A DNA stretch of 9,821 bases from a virus (lineage: Duplodnaviria > Heunggongvirae > Uroviricota > Caudoviricetes), in IMG/VR virus record IMGVR_UViG_2703718828_000005; one strand, given 5' to 3'. Shown here piece by piece: positions 1 through 6,966 of this stretch. The translations under genes and the position numbers were made by a program. Within the stretch, counting starts at the first letter, position 1; every line of letters starts with the position of its first letter. A model generated the notes under the pieces. The model searched no databases and was not told the DNA's origin. It was given only the letters and a program-made list of their open reading frames with translations.

Positions 1-1053
1 TTACGGGGTAATGCCAACCGCTGCCGCCACTTTGTCGCCACTTGGCAGCGTTGCCAGAGGATTGAAACGGAGCGCCGTTTCCAGATGATCTGGTGCCAGA
101 TGTGCGTAACGCATAGTCATTTTTATATCGTGGTGTCCGAGAATTTTTTGTAAGGCCAGAATGTTTCCACCCGACATCATGAAGTGCGCCGCAAACGTAT
201 GGCGCAGAACGTGTGTGAGTTGACCGCGAGGGAGCACGATAGACGTTTTTTCCATCACGGATAAAAATTGAAAATAGCAGTCTGTGAAGAAATTGAACCC
301 ATCAAGCGCCATGATCTCTTCGTAAAGCTCTTTACTGATAGGGATACTTCTGTTTTTCTTCCCCTTCGTTCTTACAAAGGTAATTCGGTATTTGGTCACC
401 TGTGAACGAGTAAGATTTACGGCTTCTCGCCAGCGTGCGCCTGTGCTTAAGCATATCTTAACTACCAGTGCTAGAATTGGGTCCTGACGTTTGCAATCAG
501 CCAGTAATTCAACAATCTGCTCATGGGTAAGCCATGCCATCTCTTTTTCTGCGATGGTGAATTTTCGCATGTTCTCCAGTGGGTTCGGATACGACCATTC
601 GCCCAGACGGGATAGTTCGCTAAAAACACTACTTAGATAGCTTTGCTCCAGGTTAATGGTGACCGGGCTTGCTCCTTTCTTCCATTTCTCGCTGAAGTAG
701 ATCTCGCCTGTCAGGCGTTTATCTCGATAGTGGGCAAACATTTTAGAGGTGAGATCGGTTGCAAGAGGATTGCCCAGAGCGTCAACCATCAGCAGCAATT
801 TGTCATAGACATGCTGCCCAGCAGTCAGAGATTTACCATGTAGTTTGAACCATAGCTCAACCACGTCTTTCAGGGTTCGACGATCCACTGATTCGCCCAG
901 CCATGGCTTTGATTCGGTTTCTTCCATAGTGTGACGCTCAAAAGCCAGAGCTTCGCCTTTGGTGGCGAATTGTTTACGCACACGACGCCCACTTCGTCCG
1001 GCGGGGTAACATTCGCAAAGCCATTTCCCTGTGGTGAGTTTTCGTACTGCCAT
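1..1053 (-). CDS. int: Phage integrase, tyrosine recombinase family (P2/186-like)
   Basis: 350-aa product. C-terminal catalytic region reads LRHTFAAHF...GHHDIKMTMRYAHL (R, H-x-x-R, Y signature). Start chosen at ATG 1051-1053 (MAVRKLTTGKW...), preceded by GGAGGG 8 nt upstream. The ORF-track start at 1209 would run through the promoter and RBS. Confidence 0.9.
   Translation of the reverse strand: MAVRKLTTGKWLCECYPAGRSGRRVRKQFATKGEALAFERHTMEETESKPWLGESVDRRTLKDVVELWFKLHGKSLTAGQHVYDKLLLMVDALGNPLATDLTSKMFAHYRDKRLTGEIYFSEKWKKGASPVTINLEQSYLSSVFSELSRLGEWSYPNPLENMRKFTIAEKEMAWLTHEQIVELLADCKRQDPILALVVKICLSTGARWREAVNLTRSQVTKYRITFVRTKGKKNRSIPISKELYEEIMALDGFNFFTDCYFQFLSVMEKTSIVLPRGQLTHVLRHTFAAHFMMSGGNILALQKILGHHDIKMTMRYAHLAPDHLETALRFNPLATLPSGDKVAAAVGITP
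19..40. repeat. attL: Putative attL core (cGCTGCCGCCACTTTGTCGCCA)
   Basis: Matches 6967-6988 at 21 of 22 positions (single C/T difference). Lies at the 3' end of int, where attL is expected for a P2-like prophage. Confidence 0.7.
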
Positions 1054-1077
1054 AAAAAATGCCCTCCAGTAGAGAGC

Positions 1078-1106
1078 ATTTTTACTGTATGTATAACCAG
1101 TGTCAA
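1078..1106 (-). promoter_or_regulatory. Candidate sigma-70 promoter for int (-35 TTGACA at 1106-1101, -10 TAAAAA or AAAAAT around 1084-1078)
   Basis: Minus strand reads TTGACA-ctggttatacatacag-TAAAAAT, then GGAGGG and the int ATG about 25 nt downstream. Perfect -35, 4/6 -10, 16-17 nt spacer. Confidence 0.5.
1083..1102. promoter_or_regulatory. Candidate LexA (SOS) box TACTGTATGTATAACCAGTG
   Basis: 16 of 20 matches to the consensus TACTGTATATATATACAGTA. CTGT-N8-CCAG half-sites as in the uvrB operator. Occupies the spacer of the int promoter and overlaps its -35. Confidence 0.5.
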
Positions 1107-1241
1107 TGTATGAAATCCTACGACCATACATCTCACTGAAGCCATAATGAAGTTGGCTATTCTTTTTGCTATGTGAGCATGTAACTTTTGCGGTTAACCT
1201 GCGGCTCATTTTTATTTTAGACGCAGATATAAAAGCAAAAG

Positions 1242-1433
1242 TTATCGTGAGTTTTTAGTACAGATTTTTTTGGATTTACTAATAGTTCCATCATTGCAAA
1301 CGAATTTGCCATCTGAGGTACAGTGAGAAACACCTCCCTTTTTCCCTGAGCAGGGATAATTTCTAGCATAGGTAGTTAGTGGGTTTAATAACAAAGAACA
1401 TGACAAAACCACAAAAAATACCTTACCAAGCAT
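1242..1433 (-). CDS. Small secreted cysteine-containing basic peptide (hypothetical; candidate moron)
   Basis: 63 aa. N-terminal signal peptide [23 protein letters not shown] with predicted cleavage after TYA. Mature ~40 aa carries 4 Cys and is Lys-rich. Strong RBS GGGAGG 5 nt upstream of the ATG. Region is markedly AT-rich. Sits 15 bp downstream of cI on the same strand. Confidence 0.6.
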   Translation of the reverse strand: MLGKVFFVVLSCSLLLNPLTTYARNYPCSGKKGGVSHCTSDGKFVCNDGTISKSKKICTKNSR

Positions 1434-1448
1434 AGTTTCCTCCCGGTA

Positions 1449-2018
1449 CTATTTAACATACTTGACTGTTAAACTTATAATTTTACCAATTATTTCAATG
1501 TCTTCTATCTTACATTCGAAGGCTCTGTTTCCACCCTCGACGAAGATTCTTCCACCGGGTAAACGAGTAATGTCACGGATCGTTACTTCGCCATCAATAC
1601 TTATTACCCATTTACCATCACGTATATCATCAAATTCTTTATCACAAATAAATTCAGAATTGTTATCTGTGATGACAAAAGGTTTTTTAAACGTAGAGGG
1701 TAAAAATCCCTTATCAAAAATATAAAAACCGTCTTCACGCAAGGCACCATCAGATAATACATATTTAGCAACTTCCATAGTATTTGTATTACCTGAAGTT
1801 TGCTTTGAACCATGTCCGGTTGTGAGCCAATTAAGCGAGGTGCCCGTTTCAAGGGCGCACTGGATTACCCATTCTGCTGGGAATGAGTCACGCATGTAGC
1901 GTGTGGCGAGTGTACTTTTAGAGATTCCTAAATGATCGCACAACGCCTGTCGAGTTTTGAATCCATAAGCTTCTACCATGCGCTCTATAGCGCCTCGTCC
2001 GCCTTTCTCCAAATTCAT
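1449..2018 (-). CDS. cI: Phage 186-type CI immunity repressor
   Basis: 189 aa from ATG 2016-2018 (GGAG 5 nt upstream; the ORF-track GTG at 2024 overlaps the SD). N-terminal HTH region (GISKSTLATRYMRDSFPAEWVIQCALETGTSLNWLTTG). Length is close to 186 CI. No S24 peptidase signature seen in the C-terminal domain. Divergent from apl and cII. Confidence 0.8.
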   Translation of the reverse strand: MNLEKGGRGAIERMVEAYGFKTRQALCDHLGISKSTLATRYMRDSFPAEWVIQCALETGTSLNWLTTGHGSKQTSGNTNTMEVAKYVLSDGALREDGFYIFDKGFLPSTFKKPFVITDNNSEFICDKEFDDIRDGKWVISIDGEVTIRDITRLPGGRIFVEGGNRAFECKIEDIEIIGKIISLTVKYVK

Positions 2019-2042
2019 GGTCACTCCAAGTGAACTTTTATC

Positions 2043-2071
2043 TTGACGATTTCATTGTGCGATCGTATGTT
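2043..2071 (+). promoter_or_regulatory. Candidate early lytic promoter (pR-like): -35 TTGACG 2043-2048, 17-nt spacer, -10 TATGTT 2066-2071
   Basis: Read directly from the cI-apl intergenic region 2019-2143. Flanked by a GTGAAC (2030-2035) / GTTCAC (2078-2083) inverted pair that could be operator half-sites. Confidence 0.4.
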
Positions 2072-2143
2072 TATGGTGTTCACAAAATACAAACGATCCG
2101 TATTCGTCCTGATTAATCATCATTAAACGAGGAATGTTGCATC

Positions 2144-2365
2144 ATGAGACCTAACATTTCAATCACTCTTACCACGCCTCATGTGACTATTGAGCGCTAT
2201 AGCGAGCTGACAGGGCTGTCCATCGATACCATCAATGACATGTTGGCTGACGGACGCCTTATCCGTCACCGTTTGCGCAAAGATAAAAAACGCGAAAAAG
2301 TGATGATCAACATAGCAGCCATGACCGTTGATGCGCTTTCAGAATGCAATCTAAACCTTAATTAG
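2144..2365 (+). CDS. apl: Apl/Cox-family excisionase and transcriptional regulator
   Basis: 73 aa, basic. First gene of the rightward operon, divergent from cI, as for P2 cox and 186 apl. RBS GAGGAA 9 nt upstream. Confidence 0.75.
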   Translation: MRPNISITLTTPHVTIERYSELTGLSIDTINDMLADGRLIRHRLRKDKKREKVMINIAAMTVDALSECNLNLN

Positions 2366-2397
2366 TTCGATTCTGAAATACATCAGAGGCATTGACC

Positions 2398-2907
2398 ATG
2401 TTTGATTACCAAGTTTCCAAACATCCACATTTTGATGAAGCCTGTCGTGCATTTGCACTGCGCCACAATCTGGTGCAACTGGCAGAACGTGCAGGCATGA
2501 ATGTGCAGATTCTGCGGAACAAGCTGAACCCAGCTCAGCCTCATCTATTAACCGCACCAGAAATCTGGCTGCTTACCGATCTGACTGAAGATTCAACGCT
2601 GGTAGATGGTTTTCTGGCACAGATTCATTGTCTGCCATGTGTACCGATTAATGAGGTGGCAAAAGAGAAACTGCCACATTACGTCATGAGTGCAACCGCA
2701 GAGATCGGGCGTGTTGCTGCAGGTGCGGTATCTGGCGATGTAAAAACCAGTGCAGGTCGTCGTGATGCTATCAGCAGCATTAACTCTGTAACACGACTGA
2801 TGGCGTTGGCTGCTGTTTCATTGCAGGCCCGTTTACAGGCTAACCCTGCGATGGCGAGTGCAGTTGATACCGTGACCGGACTCGGTGCTTCATTCGGTTT
2901 GCTGTGA
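2398..2907 (+). CDS. cII: Phage 186-type CII transcriptional activator (lysogeny establishment)
   Basis: 169 aa from ATG 2398 (AGAGG 8 nt upstream), the same length as 186 CII. Immediately follows apl as in phage 186. Confidence 0.8.
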   Translation: MFDYQVSKHPHFDEACRAFALRHNLVQLAERAGMNVQILRNKLNPAQPHLLTAPEIWLLTDLTEDSTLVDGFLAQIHCLPCVPINEVAKEKLPHYVMSATAEIGRVAAGAVSGDVKTSAGRRDAISSINSVTRLMALAAVSLQARLQANPAMASAVDTVTGLGASFGLL

Positions 2908-2914
2908 GGTGCTT

Positions 2915-3211
2915 ATGCTGACGAAAGAACCATCATTTGCATCGCTGCTGGTAAAGCAAAGCCCGGCAATGCACTACGGTCACGGCTGGATCATGGGTGA
3001 GGATGGAAAACGCTGGCATCCATGTCATTCACAAGATGAATTGCTGTCTGAATTGACCACGAGGAAACGGAGAAAGTCAAAATGTATGCAGCGGAAAGTG
3101 AAGTGGTTTATCAGTTTTGTTACAGAGGGGAGAGTTATTCAGTACCTGAAGATGATTTGCTCTGTTGTTATCCGTCGTTGTCGGGCGATGGCAGTTACTT
3201 TTTCACGCTAA
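2915..3211 (+). CDS. Hypothetical early protein (3' extent uncertain)
   Basis: ATG 2915 with GAGG 5 nt upstream, 8 nt after the cII stop. The 98-aa frame overlaps the next ORF by 130 nt. The N-terminal ~55 aa look protein-like; the C-terminal part may be a non-coding overlap. Confidence 0.4.
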   Translation: MLTKEPSFASLLVKQSPAMHYGHGWIMGEDGKRWHPCHSQDELLSELTTRKRRKSKCMQRKVKWFISFVTEGRVIQYLKMICSVVIRRCRAMAVTFSR

Positions 3212-3306
3212 AGGATGGGACGTTTTTACGGGGAGAGCAGGTTAAAGAGATGGTACGAAAAAATGTATCTCCCCTTGAGCGTTACCGTAAGAACAAAGAA
3301 CGATAG
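3082..3306 (+). CDS. Hypothetical early protein
   Basis: 74 aa (MYAAESEVVYQFCYRGESYSVPEDD...), balanced acidic composition. GGAG upstream. First ATG after in-frame stops in the -1 frame relative to the 2915 ORF. Confidence 0.5.
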   Translation: MYAAESEVVYQFCYRGESYSVPEDDLLCCYPSLSGDGSYFFTLKDGTFLRGEQVKEMVRKNVSPLERYRKNKER

Positions 3307-3328
3307 GTGCGTTTGGGGGATATGAAGT

Positions 3329-3670
3329 ATGGCAATTAATGGCGCTGCGGCGACTGTTCCATTAAGCCCCGGAGAACGCCTGAATGGACTTAATCACATT
3401 GCGGAATTAAGGGCGAAAGTATTTGGCCTGAATATTGAGTCAGAGCTTGAGCGGTTTATTAAAGATATGCGTGATCCACGGGATATCAATAACGAACAAA
3501 ATAAACGGGCACTGGCTGCCATATTCTTTATGGCAAAAATTCCAGCTGAACGTCATAGCATCAGCATTAATGAGCTGACCACTGACGAAAAGCGGGAGTT
3601 GATTAAAGCAATGAATCATTTTCGTGCAGTGGTGAGCTTATTTCCCAGACGGCTAACCATGCCGAATTAA
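3329..3670 (+). CDS. Hypothetical early protein
   Basis: 113 aa. GGGGGA 8 nt upstream of the ATG. Sits in the position of the small conserved early genes of P2/186-like phages. Confidence 0.6.
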   Translation: MAINGAAATVPLSPGERLNGLNHIAELRAKVFGLNIESELERFIKDMRDPRDINNEQNKRALAAIFFMAKIPAERHSISINELTTDEKRELIKAMNHFRAVVSLFPRRLTMPN

Positions 3671-3737
3671 CCAACCAATGAAATTAATGGCGTAAACCCG
3701 CCGGGCATCCCTTTATCTAAATTCAGGAGAATTGATT

Positions 3738-3971
3738 ATGCGTAATATTGAAACCCTCACGACCAAAACCGGACCGGATGATGCAGGTCTTAATCTTTTA
3801 CTGACAGAGGCTCGTCTGGAAGAACGCCGGGCAAGGGCTGAAGCAATGGCTGCTCGCCTCGATAGCCTGGCGTGTCATATCACCTCCCGCCAGCTAAACC
3901 ACGTCGAAGCGGCAGAACTGCTGCGTGTGACTGCTGAAGCAATCCAGAACGAAGCGCAGGAGATCCACTGA
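3738..3971 (+). CDS. Hypothetical early protein, predicted helical/coiled-coil
   Basis: 77 aa from ATG 3738 (AGGAGA 7 nt upstream). Stop TGA overlaps the next gene's ATG by 1 nt. Confidence 0.6.
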   Translation: MRNIETLTTKTGPDDAGLNLLLTEARLEERRARAEAMAARLDSLACHITSRQLNHVEAAELLRVTAEAIQNEAQEIH

Positions 3972-4198
3972 TGGCTGATGCAATGGATCTCGTACAGCAG
4001 CGCGTTGAAGAAGAACGCCAACGCCATATCCGTGCTGCCCGTGCCAAAACGCCGGGCGTGTCCCGCGTGCTTTGCGTTGAGTGTGAAGCGCCAATTCCGC
4101 CAGCACGCCGCCGTGCCATTCCTGGAGTGCAGCTTTGCATTACCTGCCAGGAAATCGCAGAGCTGAAAGGCAAACATTACAACGGAGGTGCTGTATGA
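3971..4198 (+). CDS. TraR/DksA-family C4 zinc-finger protein
   Basis: 75 aa with CxxC-x17-CxxC (CVEC...CITC). Same position as the TraR-like gene upstream of A in P2-like phages. Confidence 0.8.
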   Translation: MADAMDLVQQRVEEERQRHIRAARAKTPGVSRVLCVECEAPIPPARRRAIPGVQLCITCQEIAELKGKHYNGGAV

Positions 4199-5052
4199 GC
4201 ACCATCCTGAAATGGGCGGGTAATAAAACCGCCATTATGTCCGAACTGAAAAAATACCTTCCTGCTGGCCCGCGACTGGTTGAACCTTTCGCGGGTTCTT
4301 GTGCTGTGATGATGGCGACGGATTACCCCAGCTATCTGGTTGCGGATATTAATCCTGATTTAATCAACCTCTATAAAAAGATTGCCGCTGATTGCGAAGC
4401 GTTTATATCTCGTGCCAAAGTTTTATTTGAGGAAGCAAACAGTGAGCTGGCTTATTACAACATAAGACAGGAGTTTAATTACTCAACTGAAATTACTGAT
4501 TTCATGAAGGCGATATATTTCCTGTATCTCAATCGTCACGGTTACCGTGGTTTATGTCGCTATAACAAGAGCGGGTATTTCAACATTCCCTACGGTAATT
4601 ATAAAAATCCGTATTTCCCTGAAAAAGAAATTCGCGCATTTGCAGAGAAAGCCCAGCGGGCAACGTTTATCTGCGCGAGCTTTGATGAAACGCTGGCGAT
4701 GCTGCAGGTGGGGGATGTGGTGTATTGCGATCCGCCGTATGACGGTACGTTTTCCGGCTATCACACTGATGGTTTCACTGAAGATGACCAGTATCACCTG
4801 GCATCCATTCTTGAACATCGGTCATCAGAAGGACATCCGGTCATTGTTTCTAACAATGACACATCCCTGATTCGTTCGCTGTATCGCAATTTTACTCACC
4901 ACTATATCAAGGCAAAACGCAGCATCGGCGTGTCAGCTGGCGAGGGTAAATCTGCAACAGAAATCATTGCTGTTTCCGGGCCGAGCTGCTGGTTGGGATT
5001 TGATCCTTCGCGTGGCGTGGATAGTTCTGCCGTGTACGGAGTGTGTGTATGA
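4195..5052 (+). CDS. dam: DNA adenine methyltransferase, Dam family (GATC-type N6-adenine MTase)
   Basis: 285 aa from ATG 4195 (GGAGGTG upstream). LKWAGNK N-terminal motif, [15 protein letters not shown] and the catalytic DPPY motif. Clearly similar along its length to E. coli Dam. Start overlaps the upstream stop (ATGA). Confidence 0.9.
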   Translation: MSTILKWAGNKTAIMSELKKYLPAGPRLVEPFAGSCAVMMATDYPSYLVADINPDLINLYKKIAADCEAFISRAKVLFEEANSELAYYNIRQEFNYSTEITDFMKAIYFLYLNRHGYRGLCRYNKSGYFNIPYGNYKNPYFPEKEIRAFAEKAQRATFICASFDETLAMLQVGDVVYCDPPYDGTFSGYHTDGFTEDDQYHLASILEHRSSEGHPVIVSNNDTSLIRSLYRNFTHHYIKAKRSIGVSAGEGKSATEIIAVSGPSCWLGFDPSRGVDSSAVYGVCV

Positions 5053-6368
5053 GTCATGACGATATGAACAATTGCAGCGGCTTTAACGAGGCCGCCGCAG
5101 CATTTTCATGGAACGGCTCGAAAAAGGCCATTAACCCTTATCTGGACCCGGCGGAAGTTGCGCCGGAGTCTGCACTTTCAAACCTGATCACTCTGTACGC
5201 TGCCGATAACGAGCAGGAACAACTGCGCCGCGAGGCACTGAGTGAGCAGGTCTGGGAGCGTTATTTCTTTAATGAATCCCGTGATCCTGTCCAGCGCGAA
5301 ATGGAGCAGGATAAGCTCATTAGCCGGGCAAAGCTGGCGCATGAGCAGCAGCGTTTTAATCCGGACATGGTCATTCTGGCGGACGTAAACGCCCAGCCTT
5401 CCCATATCAGCAAGCCGCTGATGCAACGTATTGAATACTTCAGCAGCCTGGGCAGGCCAAAGGCTTATTCCCGCTATTTGCGTGAGACGATTAAGCCATG
5501 TCTGGAGCGACTGGATTGTGTACGTGACAGTCAGCTATCTGTTTCTTTCCGTTTTATGGCAAGCCATCAAGGGCTGGAGGGTCTGCTGATCCTGCCTGAA
5601 ATGAGCCAGGATCAGGTGAAACGCCTGTCCACCCTGGTAGCAGCGCATATGAGCATGTGTCTTGAGGACGCTTGTGGTGATTTGTATGCCACCGATGACG
5701 TTAAGCCAGAAGAAATCCGCAAGACATGGGAAAAGGTGGCAGCGGAAACCCTGCGTCTGGATGTAATCCCGCCTGCGTTTGAGAAACTTCGTCGGAAAAG
5801 AAACCGCCGCAAACCAGTGCCCTATGAACTCATCCCGGGTTCGCTGGCGCGTATGTTGTGTGCCGACTGGTGGTATCGGAAATTATGGAAGATGCGTTGC
5901 GAATGGCGGGAAGAGCAGTTGCGTGCTGTCTGCCTGGTCAGCAAAAAAGCATCCCCCTATGTCAGCTATGAAGCCGTGATGCATAAACGTGAGCAGCGCC
6001 GTAAGTCGCTGGAGTTTTTTCGTTCTCATGAACTGGTGAACGAAGACGGCGACACGCTGGATATGGAAGATGTGGTAAACGCCAGCAGCAGCAACCCGGC
6101 GCATCGCCGCAATGAGATGATGGCCTGTGTTAAAGGTCTGGAGCTTATCGCGGAAATGCGCAGTGACTGTGCCGTTTTCTACACTATCACCTGTCCGTCG
6201 CGTTTCCATTCCACGCTCAATAACGGCAGACCAAACCCGACCTGGACAAACGCGACGGTAAGACAAAGTAGCGATTATCTGGTCGGCATGTTTGCTGCAT
6301 TTCGTAAGGCTATGCATAAAGCCGAGTTGCGCTGGTATGGCGTGCGGGTACCTGGTGGGGACGGATGA
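5049..6368 (+). pseudogene. A: Replication initiation endonuclease (P2 gpA family), truncated at about codon 435
   Basis: N-terminal region includes ITCPSRFH and ends ...ELRWYGVRV, then runs into an unrelated PGGDG-stop tail. The HUH histidines and catalytic tyrosines that normally follow are absent. Start ATG 5049 overlaps the dam stop. Confidence 0.8.
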
Positions 6369-6657
6369 AAACGTGCTGGTACTTAATCGCACTTATGCCA
6401 ACCGGAGCAACGCCGAACGAGCGGCAAAAATGCAGTGGGAACGCCTGCAACGCGGTGTTGCGTCATTCTCGCTACAACTGGCGGAAGGGCGGGCAGATCT
6501 TTACACGGAAATGCCTGTAAAAGTCAGTGGTTTTAAACAGCCGATAGATGATGCGGAATGGACCATTACCACCCTGACGCATACTGTCAGCCCGGATAAC
6601 GGTTTTACGACCAGTCTGGAGCTTGAAGTGAGGATTGATGATTTCGAAATGGAATGA
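6351..6657 (+). pseudogene. D: C-terminal fragment of tail gene D (P2 gpD family)
   Basis: Frame +1 relative to A encodes ...LVLNRTYANRSNAERAAKMQWERLQRG...SGFKQPIDDAEWTITTLTHTVSPDNGFTTSLELEVRIDDFEME, recognised as a gpD C-terminus. No own RBS or 5' portion. Lies directly upstream of ogr as in P2. Confidence 0.7.
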
Positions 6658-6747
6658 TTCTTCGCAATGGAGAACTTTTAAGTTTGCAAAATGGAATAAT
6701 GCGGTATCATTGTTGTGAATTTAGCAAAAATGGGGAGAACTCGAAAA

Positions 6748-6966
6748 ATGATGATTTGCCCACTGTGTGGAAGTGCCGCCCATACTCGCAGCAGTTTTCA
6801 GGTATCTTCATTGACCAAAGAGCGTTACAACCAGTGCCAGAACATTAACTGCAGCCATACTTTTGTTACCCATGAAACTTTTGTTCGTTCGATTGCAACG
6901 CCAAAAGAGTCAAATCCGGTTCAGCCGCATCCAATGAAATCAGGGCAGGTGGCGCTCTCTCTTTGA
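6748..6966 (+). CDS. ogr: Ogr/B-family zinc-finger late-gene transcriptional activator
   Basis: 72 aa from ATG 6748 (MMICPLCGSAAHTRS...KERYNQCQNINCSHTF...). CxxC...CxxxxC finger and strong resemblance to P2 Ogr and 186 B. Last phage gene before attR. Confidence 0.85.
   Translation: MMICPLCGSAAHTRSSFQVSSLTKERYNQCQNINCSHTFVTHETFVRSIATPKESNPVQPHPMKSGQVALSL

Noticed and set aside
643-1145. ORFs 643-843 (+), 870-1145 (-) and 931-1113 (+) inside int
   Set aside because: Shadow or antisense frames within a well-supported integrase gene; no RBS and low-complexity products.
1054-1209. N-terminal extension of the integrase ORF back to the ATG at 1209 (402 aa)
   Set aside because: The extension would run through the predicted int promoter, LexA box and SD. 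The integrase-like sequence begins at the internal ATG at 1053, which has a proper GGAGGG RBS.
1462-1852. ORFs 1462-1725 (+) and 1604-1852 (-) inside cI
   Set aside because: Embedded in or antisense to the repressor gene; AT-rich sequence gives spurious open frames.
2351-2557. ORF 2351-2557 (-), antisense to the apl-cII junction
   Set aside because: Antisense to cII with no supporting start signals.
2885-2914. GTG start at 2885 for the first post-cII ORF
   Set aside because: Would begin inside cII; the ATG at 2915 with GAGG upstream is the more plausible start.
3061-3100. Programmed -1 ribosomal frameshift joining the 2915 and 3082 frames
   Set aside because: No slippery heptamer or obvious downstream stimulatory structure; the 3082 ORF has its own SD and start.
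3875-4177. Three overlapping minus-strand ORFs and one plus-strand ORF (3978-4166) across the TraR-like gene
   Set aside because: Arg/Ala-rich products typical of open frames in GC-rich coding DNA; they overlap a gene with a clear zinc-finger signature and translational coupling.
4135-4194. Upstream ATG at 4135 for dam
   Set aside because: Lies inside the TraR-like gene; the Dam-like sequence and RBS start at 4195.
4547-4870. ORFs 4547-4870 (+) and 4552-4818 (-) inside dam
   Set aside because: Alternative frames within a confidently identified methyltransferase gene.
5178-6392. ORFs 5178-5426 (-), 5612-5812 (-), 5779-5979 (+) and 5883-6392 (-) inside gene A
   Set aside because: Antisense or out-of-frame within the replication gene; no independent support.
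6654-6848. ORF 6654-6848 (+) overlapping the ogr start, and the GTG start at 6715 for ogr
   Set aside because: The Ogr zinc-finger sequence begins at ATG 6748 with a GGGGAG RBS; the upstream frames are likely untranslated leader.
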